Assembly (NCBI GenBank): GCA_030668825.1
Contig: DAOVET010000075.1
Span: forward strand, 1 to 12,926
DNA length: 12,926 bases
Source of the DNA: Candidatus Heimdallarchaeota archaeon
GTDB taxonomy: Archaea > Asgardarchaeota > Heimdallarchaeia > Heimdallarchaeales > Heimdallarchaeaceae
Direction: 5' to 3'
Made by a program: the position numbers and the translations under genes
Notes under the pieces: generated by a model
The model's input: the letters and a program-made list of their open reading frames with translations, nothing else
The model's database searches: none
Told to the model about the DNA's origin: nothing
Shown here: positions 5,910-12,926 of the stretch, piece by piece
Layout of the letters: each line of letters starts with the position of its first letter
How positions within the stretch are numbered: the stretch's first letter is position 1

Positions 5910-7065
5910 GCAAAAACAAGAATTTTTAGAAGTAAGGACTGGGGAGCACTTTACGACAGGTAACCATGCTGCTGCTGAAGGAGCTCTCTCAGTTGGATGT
6001 AAGTTCTTTGGTGGATATCCAATCACACCTAGTTCAGAAATAGCAGAAACTATGGCTTTACGTTTGCCACAACTAGGTGGAAATTTTGTTCAGTTTGAAG
6101 ACGAAATTGCTTCAATTGTTGGCATTTTGGGTGCATCTTGGGGTGGCGTTAAGAGTATGACAGCAACATCAGGTCCAGGATATTCCCTGATGGTTGAAAA
6201 TATAGGGCTTGGAATGATGACTGAAACTCCTTGTGTAATAATCAATGTTCAAAGAGGAGGACCGTCTACAGGGTTACCTACATTGGTTGGACAACAAGAT
6301 ATTATGCAAACCAAATGGGGAGCCCATGGAGATTTTGAACCAATAGTTTTATGTCCAAACTCAGTTCAAGAATGTTTTGAGCTAGCTATTGAAGCTTTCA
6401 ATTATGCAGAGAAATTTAGATTACCAGTTACTCTTTTGATGGATGAAGTTCTAGGGCACATGAGTGAAAGACTGATCATTCCAGATGCAAGTAAAATTAC
6501 GAAAATAGAAAGGAAAAAACCAAAAGATTCTCCAGAGAATCATTTACCTTACAAACCTGATGAAAATCTTGTTCCTCCTATGGCTGTCGCAGGTGAGGGT
6601 TACAGAGTTATGATGACTGGATTAACTCATGATGAAAGAGGATATCCTGATTTAAATCCTGAAACTCAAGATAAGCAAGTTAGACGAATTAATGATAAAA
6701 TTAGACTGAACAAGAAAGATATCATCAGGGTAGAGGAATATATGCTAGATGATGCTGAATATGCAATTATCTCATTTGGTTCAGTAGCAAGAGCTGCTAA
6801 AGGGACTGTTAATAGGGCCAGAAAGAAGGGAATCAAAGTAGGGTTATTGCGGTTAATCACCATATGGCCTTTCCCTGATGAGAGGATAGAAGCTTTAGCA
6901 AAACAAGTAAAGAAAATTTATGTTCCAGAAATCAACTATGGGCAAATTACAAGAGAAGTAGAAAGAAGCGTTCATGGTAAAACTGAAGTAAAAGGTATAT
7001 TCAAGCTTGGAGGAGCAATTCATAATCCACAAGAAATACTAAAAGAAATTGAGGGTGATGCATAA
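5902..7065 (+). CDS. korA: 2-oxoacid:ferredoxin oxidoreductase alpha subunit (KorA-type)
   Basis: GN.A.AEGAL, GYPITPSSEI, QFEDEIAS, TATSGPGYSLM.E, VQRGGPSTGLPT, WPFP, EIN.GQ. ATG 5902 overlaps the end of korD (alternative starts slightly upstream). Confidence 0.95.
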   Translation: MSKQKQEFLEVRTGEHFTTGNHAAAEGALSVGCKFFGGYPITPSSEIAETMALRLPQLGGNFVQFEDEIASIVGILGASWGGVKSMTATSGPGYSLMVENIGLGMMTETPCVIINVQRGGPSTGLPTLVGQQDIMQTKWGAHGDFEPIVLCPNSVQECFELAIEAFNYAEKFRLPVTLLMDEVLGHMSERLIIPDASKITKIERKKPKDSPENHLPYKPDENLVPPMAVAGEGYRVMMTGLTHDERGYPDLNPETQDKQVRRINDKIRLNKKDIIRVEEYMLDDAEYAIISFGSVARAAKGTVNRARKKGIKVGLLRLITIWPFPDERIEALAKQVKKIYVPEINYGQITREVERSVHGKTEVKGIFKLGGAIHNPQEILKEIEGDA

Positions 7066-7928
7066 TGACAGAAGATCAAAATGAATTACTGGAATCAGAG
7101 GCTCATCCTCTAGATGGATTTTTAAGAGAAGGTCGAATACCACACATATTCTGCCCAGCATGTAGTTTGGGTTCAATAACAAATGTTCTCATTGAAGCAA
7201 TAAATGAATCTGGGATTGACCCTAAAAAAATTGCGGTGGTCTCAGGAATAGGATGCACAGGTAGGATTGCAGGATATCTCAATTACGATAGTTTCCATAC
7301 AACTCATGGAAGAGCAATTCCTTTTGCAATAGGTTTGAGTGTAACAGATCCAGAACGCAAAGTGATAGTAATTTCTGGAGATGGGGATCTTTTTGCTATA
7401 GGTGGAAATCATTTTATCCATGCGGCTAGAAGAAACGCCAATATTACTGTTATTTGTGTTAATAATTTCAATTATGGTATGACAGGAGGACAAGCAGGTC
7501 CCACAACTTACGCAGGTCAATTTCAGACTACAGCTCCTTATGGGTCAATGGAAGAACCTTTCAATATCCCTAATCTTGCTGTAAGCTGCGGTGCAGTCTA
7601 TGTTGCACGATATACGGCTTTAGATGTTCGAAGAGTAAAAGAAGCTTTTTCTGAAGCAATAGCTAAAAGTGGATTCTCTTTCGTCGAAGTTTTAGGTAGC
7701 TGTCCTACAACTTACGGTCGTCGAAACCAACTAGCTGAAGGGAAGAAGATACTGGAAGTTTTTGCTGAAAAAACTATTCTTAACCACGATGCAGACACCA
7801 GAGACATTCGAATTGATAAGGACAGTCCTATCATAGTTGGTAAATTTGTTGATATTGAAGATAAACCAACTCTTACAGATAATTTACTAGCCATTCAGAG
7901 AGTTAGTCAAGCAAAGAAGGGGCGATAA
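7065..7928 (+). CDS. korB: 2-oxoacid:ferredoxin oxidoreductase beta subunit (TPP-binding)
   Basis: FCPAC, SGIGC, HTTHGRA, GDGD...IGGNH..HA.RRN, NN..YGMTGGQ, CPT. TAATG overlap with korA; GGTGAT upstream. Confidence 0.95.
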   Translation: MTEDQNELLESEAHPLDGFLREGRIPHIFCPACSLGSITNVLIEAINESGIDPKKIAVVSGIGCTGRIAGYLNYDSFHTTHGRAIPFAIGLSVTDPERKVIVISGDGDLFAIGGNHFIHAARRNANITVICVNNFNYGMTGGQAGPTTYAGQFQTTAPYGSMEEPFNIPNLAVSCGAVYVARYTALDVRRVKEAFSEAIAKSGFSFVEVLGSCPTTYGRRNQLAEGKKILEVFAEKTILNHDADTRDIRIDKDSPIIVGKFVDIEDKPTLTDNLLAIQRVSQAKKGR

Positions 7929-7929
7929 T

Positions 7930-8478
7930 ATGAGTAGAGTAGAAATTCGTTTTGCAGGTTTTGGTGGTCAAGGAATAGGACTTATGGGCAGGCTTGTAGG
8001 TGAAGCAGTAAGCTTATTGGAAGAAGGAAAGAATTCTGTCATGACACAAAGTTATGGTCCAGAAAGTAGGGGTGGAGCGAGCAGCACTGACGTTGTAATT
8101 GAAGAAGGAGAAATAGATTATCCTAAAGCAACTGAACTGGATTACTTTGTCGCTTTATCAGAAGAAGCTTATCAGAAATATATTCCAAAACTCAAAGAAG
8201 GTGGAATACTCTTTGTTGAAGAGGATTTAGTTACACTAGATGAAAACGCAAAGAAAGCTAAAAAGATATTCAAAATTCCAGCAACTAAAATTGCTGAATC
8301 TCTTGGAAGCAGACTTTATGCTAACATAGCTATGTTGGGTTTTGTGTGTGCTAACACAAAAGGCATCTTCTCTGAAGAAGCTATGATTACAATAATGAAA
8401 GAAAAAATAAAAGCAAGATTTGTTGAAAAGAATCTAATTGCTTTCCAAAAAGGTATGGAATATAAATCAGACTCTTGA
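7930..8478 (+). CDS. korC: 2-oxoacid:ferredoxin oxidoreductase gamma subunit
   Basis: EIRFAGFGGQG, TQSYGPESRGGAS, IPAT.IA, NIAMLG, N..AF.KG. Confidence 0.93.
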   Translation: MSRVEIRFAGFGGQGIGLMGRLVGEAVSLLEEGKNSVMTQSYGPESRGGASSTDVVIEEGEIDYPKATELDYFVALSEEAYQKYIPKLKEGGILFVEEDLVTLDENAKKAKKIFKIPATKIAESLGSRLYANIAMLGFVCANTKGIFSEEAMITIMKEKIKARFVEKNLIAFQKGMEYKSDS

Positions 8479-8498
8479 AAATAGACGAAGGTTTGGAA

Positions 8499-8948
8499 AT
8501 GTCTACAAAAAAGAATACAGAACTGGAAGAATTCGAACCAAACATAATTGGTTTCTTATGCAATTGGTGTTCCTATGCTGGAGCAGATCTCGCAGGAACA
8601 AGCAGAATCCAATATCCTCCTAATGTTAAAATCATTAAGGTAATGTGTTCTGGCAGAGTAAATCCAATGTATATAATTAACGCATTTCAGCAGGGTGCTG
8701 ATGGTGTTCTAGTCAGTGGATGCCACCCTGGAGATTGTCATTACACTAGTGGAAATTACTTAGCAAGGAGAAGGATAGCTACCATGAAAAAGCTATTGGA
8801 GTTTCTTGGTATTGAGCCTGATAGAGTGAGAATGACCTGGGTTTCAGCTGCTGAAGGTAGAAAATATGCTGACGTCGTCAGAGAACTGACTGATGACATC
8901 AAAAAATTAGGTCCTATGACCAAATTTAGGAGGGAAAAAGAATGGTAG
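8499..8948 (+). CDS. mvhD: MvhD/FlxD [2Fe-2S] subunit (HdrA-associated)
   Basis: FLCNWCSYAGADLAG, MCSGRV, GADGVLVSGCHPGDCHY..GNY, WVSAAEG. ATG 8499 preferred; TTG 8475 overlaps the korC stop. In this context equivalent to flxD. Confidence 0.95.
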   Translation: MSTKKNTELEEFEPNIIGFLCNWCSYAGADLAGTSRIQYPPNVKIIKVMCSGRVNPMYIINAFQQGADGVLVSGCHPGDCHYTSGNYLARRRIATMKKLLEFLGIEPDRVRMTWVSAAEGRKYADVVRELTDDIKKLGPMTKFRREKEW

Positions 8949-9928
8949 AGAACAAAGAACTAATCAGGGTAGTTGAGGAAACCGTTTCTCGAGATGACGT
9001 GAAATACGTTGTTGGTTATAAGAGAGGCACTTATGGTTTTCAGATAAAACCTGCCTTCGCATATAGCGCTAAAGACGCAAAGGAGTTCTTTTACTCCCCA
9101 TTATGTGCAAAGAATCTAGCTACTTATCCACTTCTTGAAGAAAAATTACCATTAAGAAGAGGAGAGGAAGCAGAACATAAGAAGATTGGAATTGTTGTAA
9201 AGGGTTGTGACTCCCGTGCCATAATCCAAATCATTCAAGAAAATGGATTAGAAAGGGAAGATGTTGTTTTAATAGGTATCCCTTGCAAAGGTGTAATCGA
9301 CCCAAAAAAGATTGCAAAAAGATTTCCTAAACAATCAAAGTTTGTTGATGTTGAGGAAAATAACAACGACGAATACATATTAGAAATAGGCGGAACAAGC
9401 CATAAAATACCCAAAGACGAATTGCTTTCAGATGTATGTAAAAGCTGCGAATACCCAAATCCACCTTTATATGACATACTTATAGGTGAAGCTGAAGAAG
9501 AATTTCAACCCGAACACTTTAACAGAGTAGATGAATTAGAAGAAAAAACAATAGAAGAAAGATGGGAATATTGGGAGAAGCATTTTCAGAACTGTATTCG
9601 TTGTTATGCATGTAGAGAGGCATGCCCCCTTTGTTATTGTAAAACTTGTATGGCTGATCTACTAGAACCACAATGGGTCAGACGATCTGTAAATCTATCT
9701 GAAAATACTGCTTGGAACGTTATGCGCGCATTTCATCTTGCTGGTAGGTGTATTAGTTGTGGGGAATGCGAACGAGCTTGCCCTGTTAACATTCCTCTAA
9801 TGGAACTGAACAAGTTTGTTGAGAAAGAAGTTAAAGAGATGTTTGATTATACTGCTGGACTCGATACTGAAGAAAAACCATTCTTGGGAAGTTTTCGACC
9901 AGATGATCCTGAGGATTTCATTTCGTGA
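8942..9928 (+). CDS. flxC: FlxC-like 4Fe-4S protein (FdhB/AsrA-related)
   Basis: KGCDSRA, GIPC.G, CKSC, CIRCYACREACPLCYCKTC, RAFHLAGRCISCGECERACP; overlaps the mvhD/flxD stop. Confidence 0.78.
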   Translation: MVENKELIRVVEETVSRDDVKYVVGYKRGTYGFQIKPAFAYSAKDAKEFFYSPLCAKNLATYPLLEEKLPLRRGEEAEHKKIGIVVKGCDSRAIIQIIQENGLEREDVVLIGIPCKGVIDPKKIAKRFPKQSKFVDVEENNNDEYILEIGGTSHKIPKDELLSDVCKSCEYPNPPLYDILIGEAEEEFQPEHFNRVDELEEKTIEERWEYWEKHFQNCIRCYACREACPLCYCKTCMADLLEPQWVRRSVNLSENTAWNVMRAFHLAGRCISCGECERACPVNIPLMELNKFVEKEVKEMFDYTAGLDTEEKPFLGSFRPDDPEDFIS

Positions 9929-9937
9929 GGAGTTAAA

Positions 9938-10975
9938 ATGGAACAACTAACATTACCAAAAGAAAAATTACCTGAATTGCTTGGAGAGATTGGTTCTAAA
10001 TTTGAACTAGTCGGACCAATAGAAGAAAACGGATTCTTAGCCTTCAGGAAAATAAATGATCCAAAAGAGATCAATTTAGATATTTTACTTTCAAGAGTAC
10101 CTCCTAAGTCTTTGATATTCCAACAAACTGAAACTCTCTTTACTTATGCTAAAGGAAAAGATTCTAAGGTTCAAACTCCAAAAATTGAAGAAACTAAAAG
10201 AGTAATTTTTGGAATTCGCTCATGCGACGCAAGAGGATTTGATATTATAGATCCAGTTTTTATGGGTAAAAAAGAGGGTGATTATACCGACCCATTTTAT
10301 ACGAAGAGAAGAAATAGAAGCATACTGATTGGCTTAAGTTGTAATGAACCAGACGCCAACTGTTTCTGTACATCATTTGATGATAGTCCAGCGAATACAA
10401 AACATGTAGATATTCTATTTACAGATATAGGCGACAAATATTATGTTGAAGTTGTAACAGAAAAAGGAGAAGATCTAATTAAAAAAGTAAGCAAAATCTT
10501 CTCAAAGGCAACTGAAAAAGAAGGTAATATCAGAAAGGAGACAGAAAAAGCAGCAATTGATGCGATCTCCCGAAAGATGAACACAGAGGGAGTTGTTGAA
10601 AAACTAGACAAAATGTTTGAGCACGAATTTTGGGTAGAAACTGCTAGAAGTTGTATTGGTTGTGGCATTTGTACTTATTTGTGTCCTTGTTGCCATTGCT
10701 TCGATATTCAAGATGAGAGCACTCTAAAACTAGGTGGGAGAGTGCGTGTATGGGATTCATGTATGTATGAAGAATATACCCATCACGCATCTGGTCATAA
10801 TCCTAGACCCTCAAGAATGAATAGAGTAAGAAATAGAGTTTATCACAAATTCAACTATTTCCCCAAAAATGATGGAATCTTTGGATGTACTGGTTGTGGT
10901 AGATGTATTGATTATTGTCCTGTTAATATTGATATAATTGAAGTAATTGACAAAGTGAAGGAGGTCAATGTATGA
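9938..10975 (+). CDS. flxB: FlxB-like (AsrA / sulfhydrogenase beta-like) 4Fe-4S dicluster protein
   Basis: FGIRSCD, C.....CFC, CIGCGICTYLCPCCHCF, R.WDSC, HKF, GCTGCGRCIDYCP. SD GAGGAG upstream. Confidence 0.8.
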   Translation: MEQLTLPKEKLPELLGEIGSKFELVGPIEENGFLAFRKINDPKEINLDILLSRVPPKSLIFQQTETLFTYAKGKDSKVQTPKIEETKRVIFGIRSCDARGFDIIDPVFMGKKEGDYTDPFYTKRRNRSILIGLSCNEPDANCFCTSFDDSPANTKHVDILFTDIGDKYYVEVVTEKGEDLIKKVSKIFSKATEKEGNIRKETEKAAIDAISRKMNTEGVVEKLDKMFEHEFWVETARSCIGCGICTYLCPCCHCFDIQDESTLKLGGRVRVWDSCMYEEYTHHASGHNPRPSRMNRVRNRVYHKFNYFPKNDGIFGCTGCGRCIDYCPVNIDIIEVIDKVKEVNV

Positions 10976-11814
10976 CAGACGAGAACCCCTACCAGCCCTG
11001 GATAGCTAAAATTATCAGTATAAAAGAAGAAGCTAGTGGAGAAAGAGCAATAAAAACATTCAGACTTGAATTTCAAGATGAAGAAGTCAAAAAGAAGTTC
11101 ACCTTCCTACCTGGTCAATGTATTATGGTAAGTGTATTTGGAACCGGTGAAAGCATGTTCGCTATCTCTTCATCACCCACTCAAAAAGATTACATAGAAG
11201 TTAGTGTAATGAGATATGGTAAACTTACCAAAGCACTGCATCTAAAAGAAGAAGGGGAATTAGTTGGAGCAAGGGGTCCATATGGGAACAGCTTCAAACT
11301 TGAAGAATGGAAAGGCAAGAATATACTCTTTTTAGGTGGAGGAATAGGTCAAGCTCCACTTCGTTCTGTGATTGATTACTGCAAAGATAACAGAAAAGAT
11401 TATGGAAAAATAGATATCGTTTATGGTGCTAGAACTTCTCGTGACCTATGCTATAAGGATGAATTTGCAGAAATGAGTAAGAAAGATGATTTAAGCATTC
11501 ATCTTTCCATAGATGTTGAAGAAGAAGGTTGGGATCAGTTTGTAGGGTTTGTACCAGATAATTTGAAGAGACTTAATCCATCTCCAGAAAATACTATTGC
11601 AATAACATGTGGCCCACCAATTATGATTAAATTTGTAATTCAAAATCTCTTGGAACTTGGCTTCAAAGAAGACCAAGTTTACACAACTTTGGAAATGAGA
11701 ATGAAATGTGGTATAGGTATATGCGGAAGGTGCAACATAGGGAATCTCTATGTGTGCAAAGATGGACCAGTATTCTCATATGATCAAATAAAAGATATTC
11801 AAGGAGATATGTAA
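10972..11814 (+). CDS. flxA: FlxA-like (AsrB / PyrK / sulfhydrogenase gamma-like) FAD/NAD(P)-binding [2Fe-2S] oxidoreductase
   Basis: PGQ, RGPYGN.F, GGGIG.APLRS, YGAR, CGPPIM, MKCGIGICGRC...VCKDGPVF. ATGA overlap with flxB; SD GGAGG. Confidence 0.83.
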   Translation: MTDENPYQPWIAKIISIKEEASGERAIKTFRLEFQDEEVKKKFTFLPGQCIMVSVFGTGESMFAISSSPTQKDYIEVSVMRYGKLTKALHLKEEGELVGARGPYGNSFKLEEWKGKNILFLGGGIGQAPLRSVIDYCKDNRKDYGKIDIVYGARTSRDLCYKDEFAEMSKKDDLSIHLSIDVEEEGWDQFVGFVPDNLKRLNPSPENTIAITCGPPIMIKFVIQNLLELGFKEDQVYTTLEMRMKCGIGICGRCNIGNLYVCKDGPVFSYDQIKDIQGDM

Positions 11815-11826
11815 AGGCGTGATATT

Positions 11827-12926
11827 ATGAAAATTGGGGTTTATGTTTGTGAATGTGGAACCAACATTGCAAGTACTGTTGATGTTGAAGATTTAGTAGA
11901 ACAAGCAAAAGAATTTCCAAATGTAGAAGTTAGCAGAGTTTACAAATATGTGTGTTCTGACCCCGGTCAAGTATTGATAAAACAGGATATTGAGGAGAAA
12001 CAACTAGATAGAATTGTAGTTGCAGCCTGCTCTCCAAGAATGCATGAACCTACATTCAGGGCAGTGTTAGAAGACATGGGATTGAATCCTTATGTCTTAG
12101 AAATCGTCAATATCAGAGAACAAGTTTCTTGGGTTCATAACGATAAAGCAAAGGGTACAGTTAAAGCAGCCTCATTGCTTAAAGGTGCAGTTTTAAGAGC
12201 TTCCTTAATGCATCCCTTAGAAAGGAAAAAGGTTGGCGTAACACCTAATGCACTCGTAATAGGTGGTGGTATTGCAGGTATCCAAGCTTCTCTTGATTTA
12301 GCAGATATGGGATTTGATACCACACTTGTTGAAAAAACTGCAACAATTGGTGGAAAAATGTCTCAGCTTGACAAAACATTTCCAACATTAGATTGTTCAC
12401 AGTGTATTTTAAGTCCTAAAATGGTAGATGTTAATCGCCATCCAAATATTGACTTACTTGCACTAAGTGAGGTTGTAGAAGTTGATGGATATGTTGGAAA
12501 TTTCAAAGTAAAGATTAAGAAAAATCCTACTTATGTATTAGCAGATAAATGTACTCTTTGTGATGATTGTGTTCCTGTCTGTCCAGTTATAGAACATGAT
12601 GAATATAATCAAGGATTATCTCCAAGAAGAGCGATTTACATACCATATCCTCAAGCAGTCCCAGCATCATATCTTATAGATCCTAATTCTTGTTTAGGAA
12701 TAGATCCGCTCATTTGTTCAAAATGTAAAGATGTTTGCGGACCAGAAGCAATAGATTTTGATATGAAACCAGAGATAATTGAAAAAGAAGTTGGCGCTAT
12801 AATTGTAGCAACAGGATATGAACCCTATCCTATAGAAAATATTGGTGAGTATGGTTATGGAACAATTCCAGATGTGATTTCTGGTATGGATTTTGAGAGA
12901 ATAGTTTCTGCAAGTGGTCCAACTGA
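11827..12926 (+). CDS. hdrA: Heterodisulfide reductase subunit A (3' partial; not in the ORF track)
   Basis: Translated manually from ATG 11827, open to the window end: MKIGVYVCECGTNIA...CSDPGQ...VVAACSPRMHEPTFR...NIREQVSWVH...VIGGGIAG...IGGKMSQLDKTFPTLDCSQCIL...CTLCDDCVPVCP...CSKCKDVC...GAIIVATGY...FERIVSASGPT. GTGAT 3 nt upstream. Confidence 0.97.
   Translation, partial: MKIGVYVCECGTNIASTVDVEDLVEQAKEFPNVEVSRVYKYVCSDPGQVLIKQDIEEKQLDRIVVAACSPRMHEPTFRAVLEDMGLNPYVLEIVNIREQVSWVHNDKAKGTVKAASLLKGAVLRASLMHPLERKKVGVTPNALVIGGGIAGIQASLDLADMGFDTTLVEKTATIGGKMSQLDKTFPTLDCSQCILSPKMVDVNRHPNIDLLALSEVVEVDGYVGNFKVKIKKNPTYVLADKCTLCDDCVPVCPVIEHDEYNQGLSPRRAIYIPYPQAVPASYLIDPNSCLGIDPLICSKCKDVCGPEAIDFDMKPEIIEKEVGAIIVATGYEPYPIENIGEYGYGTIPDVISGMDFERIVSASGPT

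Noticed and set aside
8942-9928. Formate dehydrogenase beta subunit
   Set aside because: Related motifs, but no molybdopterin alpha subunit in the window, and the position matches flxC.
9938-11814. Anaerobic sulfite reductase (asrAB) or group 3b sulfhydrogenase beta/gamma call
   Set aside because: No AsrC siroheme subunit or hydrogenase alpha/delta subunits adjacent; flanking by MvhD, a FlxC-like gene and HdrA fits Flx-Hdr better.
2540-12323. Short alternative-frame/antisense ORFs in the track (2540-2752, 3914-4108, 4319-4546, 5256-5447, 5844-6026, 6666-6863, 7242-7520, 7712-7894, 8438-8623, 9235-9477, 9847-10074, 10441-10668, 11491-11676, 12135-12323)
   Set aside because: They overlap well-supported genes and have no recognisable motifs; the LLLKK repeats of 3914-4108 are just the 18-bp repeat read in another frame.
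8499-12926. Selenocysteine recoding in MvhD or HdrA
   Set aside because: All relevant Cys positions are TGT/TGC and there is no in-frame TGA in the visible portions. The final 'tga' of the window is out of frame.
1-12926. tRNA, rRNA, riboswitch (e.g. FMN before ribA), IS elements or integrases
   Set aside because: Intergenic gaps are short and AT-rich (only 55 nt before ribA), with no structured-RNA signature, terminal inverted repeats or transposase-like ORF.

Overview
AT-rich archaeal chromosomal window, most likely from an Asgard archaeon (inferred from a class I LysRS, archaeal GTGAT/GGAGG ribosome-binding motifs, TATA-like boxes, and two eukaryotic-signature-type genes). Left half: 3' end of lysS (class I), a winged-HTH protein, a 364-aa protein with a longin/uDENN + core DENN architecture resembling folliculin/SMCR8, a sirtuin (CobB) overlapping an acylphosphatase, a bacterial-type GTP cyclohydrolase II, a YkgJ-type Cys-cluster protein with an 18-bp tandem-repeat acidic tail, and an Arf/Arl-like small GTPase lacking the catalytic Gln. 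Right half: one tightly packed + strand operon, korD-korA-korB-korC (2-oxoacid:ferredoxin oxidoreductase) - flxD(mvhD)-flxC-flxB-flxA - hdrA (runs off the window; missing from the ORF track). Best candidates for novelty: the folliculin/SMCR8-like DENN protein with a candidate GAP arginine finger about 2.7 kb from a Gln-less Arf-like GTPase, and the direct operon fusion of Kor with a Flx-Hdr bifurcating module. All homology calls come from motif recognition by eye; no searches were run.
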